Part shown: in pieces, positions 49,311 to 51,905 of the stretch
How the letters are laid out: each line of letters begins with the position of its first letter
Position numbering within the stretch: position 1 is the first letter of the stretch
Source of the DNA: a virus
Lineage: Duplodnaviria > Caudoviricetes
Direction: 5' to 3' (one strand)
Length of the DNA: 51,905 bases
Virus record (IMG/VR): IMGVR_UViG_3300049026_000006
Location: 1 to 51,905 of that record
Made by a program: the position numbers and the translations under genes
Notes under the pieces: model-generated
The model's input: the letters and a program-made list of their open reading frames with translations, nothing else
Database searches by the model: none
Told to the model about the DNA's origin: nothing

Positions 49311-49687
49311 TTGTAGTACTCCACTCGCACGAAGCGGCGCTTTAGCCTGTGAAGGGGTAGGCAGATGACTTTCTGCTTGATTGTGATTTCCATCGCTTCG
49401 AGGGATCCTTCGCAGCGAACGACCACGCCGACGTGGCGCATCTCGCTACCCTGATACATGGCAATCAAGGCACCCTCCTCAGGCTCGCAGGGGGTGAGTG
49501 TCGGAAACCACTTCCCGGCCACCTCGACCATTGAACCGTCACCCGACCTGATGTCAGGCCAATCTGGCCAGTCAGGCAGCCCCAACTCACGACGGACCTC
49601 CAGCACCAGCCCGTAGCAGTCAACAAGCGGCCACACTCTCCCGCCCTCCAGGTACCGACCCGCAAGGTATTTTTCGTGATCGATCAT
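49307..49687 (-). CDS. Tail-associated NlpC/P60 protein (gpK-like)
   Basis: Y.EGGR...DCYGLV...HVGV. Confidence 0.85.
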   Translation of the reverse strand: MIDHEKYLAGRYLEGGRVWPLVDCYGLVLEVRRELGLPDWPDWPDIRSGDGSMVEVAGKWFPTLTPCEPEEGALIAMYQGSEMRHVGVVVRCEGSLEAMEITIKQKVICLPLHRLKRRFVRVEYYK

Positions 49688-50170
49688 TTATTGGTACCGC
49701 ATGCCCGGGGCGAAATCGCCGGTATAGTTGTGGCGAAGCCAGAGGGTTTCGAGGAGGTTGAAGTACCCGGCCACGATCTGGGCTTCGGTTGCGGTAACGG
49801 ATCCGTTTTTGACCTTGAAGCGAAGGATCTTCGACGGGTAGGAAAGGTCGGTGCTGATGTACTCCCTGTACACCAGGTTGATCTGTCGACCATCCTTGAG
49901 AGCCGCCCGCAGAAAACCGGAAACGCTCCCGTCGATGTTGCACAGCGCAAACTTCAAGTCTTGCTTTCCGTCGCTCCCCCTCTTTGGCAAGGCCATCGAG
50001 ATGCCGCACGCAATAAACGTTGCCAGCCCACCAGTTTCCAGGCCTACCTCGATATCCTCGAAGCCATTGGTAAGGAAGTGATGGGCAACGCCATCGGTGA
50101 TTTCCAGCGTTCCGTGCAGGATCTCGGGACCGCTGCTGGAGTAGAGGCGATTCAATACGGCGCTGGTCAT
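49688..50170 (-). CDS. Minor tail protein (DUF1833 / gpL-like)
   Basis: LNRLYSS...ALP...LKFALCNIDG...YREY...FAPG.RY. Confidence 0.8.
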   Translation of the reverse strand: MTSAVLNRLYSSSGPEILHGTLEITDGVAHHFLTNGFEDIEVGLETGGLATFIACGISMALPKRGSDGKQDLKFALCNIDGSVSGFLRAALKDGRQINLVYREYISTDLSYPSKILRFKVKNGSVTATEAQIVAGYFNLLETLWLRHNYTGDFAPGMRYQ

Positions 50171-50619
50171 TGAGGCCACTCCTTATTGATCGCCAGATCC
50201 AGCAAGTTCATGTGAAGGATGTATTGCGGGGCGTAGATGGCCCAGCCTCCTGTCAAGATCGGGCGCTCCCAGAGCTGCAGGGTTGCGCTGACCGTCCAGT
50301 GATCAACACCGAACAGCTCCGGGCCGTCGTACATGTCGAGAAAGTGGGCCTTGTAGGGCATCAGCCCCTGAGGCGTGCGAAGCTCGCACTCAAACCACTG
50401 GGAGCCCGAAATCAGCACTTCCTCAAACCATGCTTCGAAGTACTGGGCCTGAATGCTGGTGAGGCTCCAGGTAACTTTTGCATTAGTTGGGACCGATGCG
50501 TAATTTCGCCGGAATCGCGTCCGGCCCGTGCGCATGGCTGTCGCCTTCATCGGGCTGACTGGGTTGAACCCATACCCATCCCGCAGCGGATACGGGAGCT
50601 CCTTTGGGTATTGGATCAT
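50167..50619 (-). CDS. Distal tail (gpM-like) protein
   Basis: YPKELPYPLRDGY...TGRTRFRR...FEAWF; directly after the TMP gene. Confidence 0.75.
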   Translation of the reverse strand: MIQYPKELPYPLRDGYGFNPVSPMKATAMRTGRTRFRRNYASVPTNAKVTWSLTSIQAQYFEAWFEEVLISGSQWFECELRTPQGLMPYKAHFLDMYDGPELFGVDHWTVSATLQLWERPILTGGWAIYAPQYILHMNLLDLAINKEWPQ

Positions 50620-51905
50620 CGCGCAGCCCTTCCCATGCCCAGCATCTGTTGAATTGCCTTGGCTTCTTTGCCGTTTTCTCGGATGTTCGAGACGAAGTAG
50701 TCAGTGATCCACTTCCCATCGACCTGGCTTGACTGGCTTTGCCCGGCCCGGCTCGCGTCTTCGATCACGTTCACCACCGGGGCGGGCCCGGTCATCTGGC
50801 GCGCCACAGCGTCTGGCCCGGTGCCTTTGGCTCCGGCACGGATTGGCGATACATTCCCCTTGCGCAGCGCCTCAACGGCAGCAACACCGCCGTAATCGCG
50901 AATGTTCTTTTGGCTCCAGACGATTTCGCCCTTGTGCGCAGGACCGGCGTATTCGTGCACGCCGCCTGGGCCGGTGTAGCCACCGTCCGAAAAACCAATT
51001 CCTGCGATGTTCGCCACGTTTGCAGCGGTAGCGACACCAACAGCAGCAGCCGCGGCGAAGTTAAACGGAGGCGGGAACGCGGCCAGCGCCTTCTGCACGG
51101 CCAGATAGCCGTCCATAGTGGCCTGGACGATTGCCGCCGCCTTGCCGATCGCGGCGAGCTTCTTGTTCCCGGACTGGCTGAGGCTGGCCATGTTGCCGAA
51201 GAAGTCCGAGGCGCCAACCAGCAATGCCTGGTTCTTGGCTTCTTCAATCTTCTGGCGGTTCAGGGTGGCCTGCTGATCGATGTTCGCCACGCGCGCGGCG
51301 TAGGTCTCTTCGCTGATTGCCTTCAGGTCCAGGTAGGCCGCCTGGCGCTCCAGCTCAGTGGCACGCCACTTTTCAAGCTTCTCAGCGGCAGCATCGAGGC
51401 GGTCAATCTCGCTCCCAGCACCGCCCACGGAAGCGTCCAGGCCTGGTGCGGCCGGAGCCTGGGTGACGCCCTCGATCGTTCCTGGTTTCTGAGCGGCGTT
51501 CAGATTGATGTCGCGGATCTTGATCAGCGTTTCCAGGCGCTTGGCCGCCTCGACATTCCCCTGGCGCTCGTACTCGGCCAACTGAGCCGCATCATCCAGG
51601 GATGACTTCAGGCTGTTGGCTTCGCGGAGTTGCCCGGTCAGCGTCAGCAGCTGCACCTGGTCCTTCTGTGCCTGCTGAATGCCCTTGCTGATCTCCGCTT
51701 CGCGCTCGAGTGCTACGTTTTTCTTGAGCTGGGCGGTGATCAGGTCCTGGCTGGCCAGCAGGGACTTCTGGTCGGCGGTGAGCGTCTTCTTGCCTTTGAT
51801 GTCGGCGAGTTGCTGCTCCCACTTGATCAATGCCTGCGCCTGGGCGCCAACACGCTCAGTAGCGATGCCCTGAGCATTGAGTGAGGCGTTCTGTTGGAGC
51901 AGCAA
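50616..51905 (-). CDS. Tail tape measure protein, C-terminal part
   Basis: In frame with 1..1783 across the circular junction; GFSDGGYTGPGG...HKGE C-terminal TMP motif. Confidence 0.92.
   Translation of the reverse strand: MLLQQNASLNAQGIATERVGAQAQALIKWEQQLADIKGKKTLTADQKSLLASQDLITAQLKKNVALEREAEISKGIQQAQKDQVQLLTLTGQLREANSLKSSLDDAAQLAEYERQGNVEAAKRLETLIKIRDINLNAAQKPGTIEGVTQAPAAPGLDASVGGAGSEIDRLDAAAEKLEKWRATELERQAAYLDLKAISEETYAARVANIDQQATLNRQKIEEAKNQALLVGASDFFGNMASLSQSGNKKLAAIGKAAAIVQATMDGYLAVQKALAAFPPPFNFAAAAAVGVATAANVANIAGIGFSDGGYTGPGGVHEYAGPAHKGEIVWSQKNIRDYGGVAAVEALRKGNVSPIRAGAKGTGPDAVARQMTGPAPVVNVIEDASRAGQSQSSQVDGKWITDYFVSNIRENGKEAKAIQQMLGMGRAAR
51779..51904. repeat. Terminal direct repeat (circular assembly overlap), copy 2
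   Basis: Identical to 1..126; the final base 51905 (A) differs from position 127 (C). Confidence 0.97.

Larger units (their letters stand above)
1..51905. mobile_element. Complete temperate lambdoid siphovirus genome (excised/circular form), probable Pseudomonas host
   Basis: Full set of head, tail, lysis, immunity, replication and integration genes; terminal overlap; attP reconstituted; high GC; tRNA-Pro core resembling Pseudomonas tRNA-Pro(GGG). Confidence 0.95.

Noticed and set aside
51779-51905. Terminal repeat as a biological DTR, and a TTG start for the 429-aa ORF
   Set aside because: The repeat lies mid-gene and has a length typical of an assembler k-mer overlap; the TTG arises only from the mismatched last base.
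1-51905. CRISPR array, diversity-generating retroelement, retron, IS element or intron
   Set aside because: No regularly spaced repeats, reverse transcriptase, transposase or TR/VR pair was seen by eye.

Overview
The window is a complete, circularly permuted genome (about 51,778 bp once the 126-bp terminal overlap is removed) of a temperate lambdoid siphovirus, most likely infecting Pseudomonas. It is assembled in the excised form, with an intact attP whose core is the 3' half of tRNA-Pro(GGG). The minus strand carries the cro, replication, nin and Q region, a lambda-like PR'/tR', holin-like genes, packaging and head genes, the tail genes (the tape measure gene wraps across the window ends), a tailspike, an O-acyltransferase and a lipoprotein moron, and endolysin/Rz/Rz1. 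The plus strand carries cI, a PL operon (recombination genes, two DNA methyltransferases, xis/int), a hicAB toxin-antitoxin moron, and a LexA-box-controlled cassette with a SRAP gene. The most interesting unexplained structures are: (i) a ~1.1-kb PL leader built from structured RNA modules, including a CCA-ended tRNA-shaped RNA with complementary (kissing) D- and T-like loops and a 140-nt insert in place of the anticodon arm; (ii) a 36-bp fixed-spacing palindrome present three times, about 8 kb apart; (iii) five C-GGAU-G hairpins in the scaffold and capsid leaders; (iv) an out-of-frame gene nested in the C5 methyltransferase; (v) an unannotated antisense 27-aa amphipathic peptide. All family calls come from motif recognition and synteny by eye; no database searches were run.
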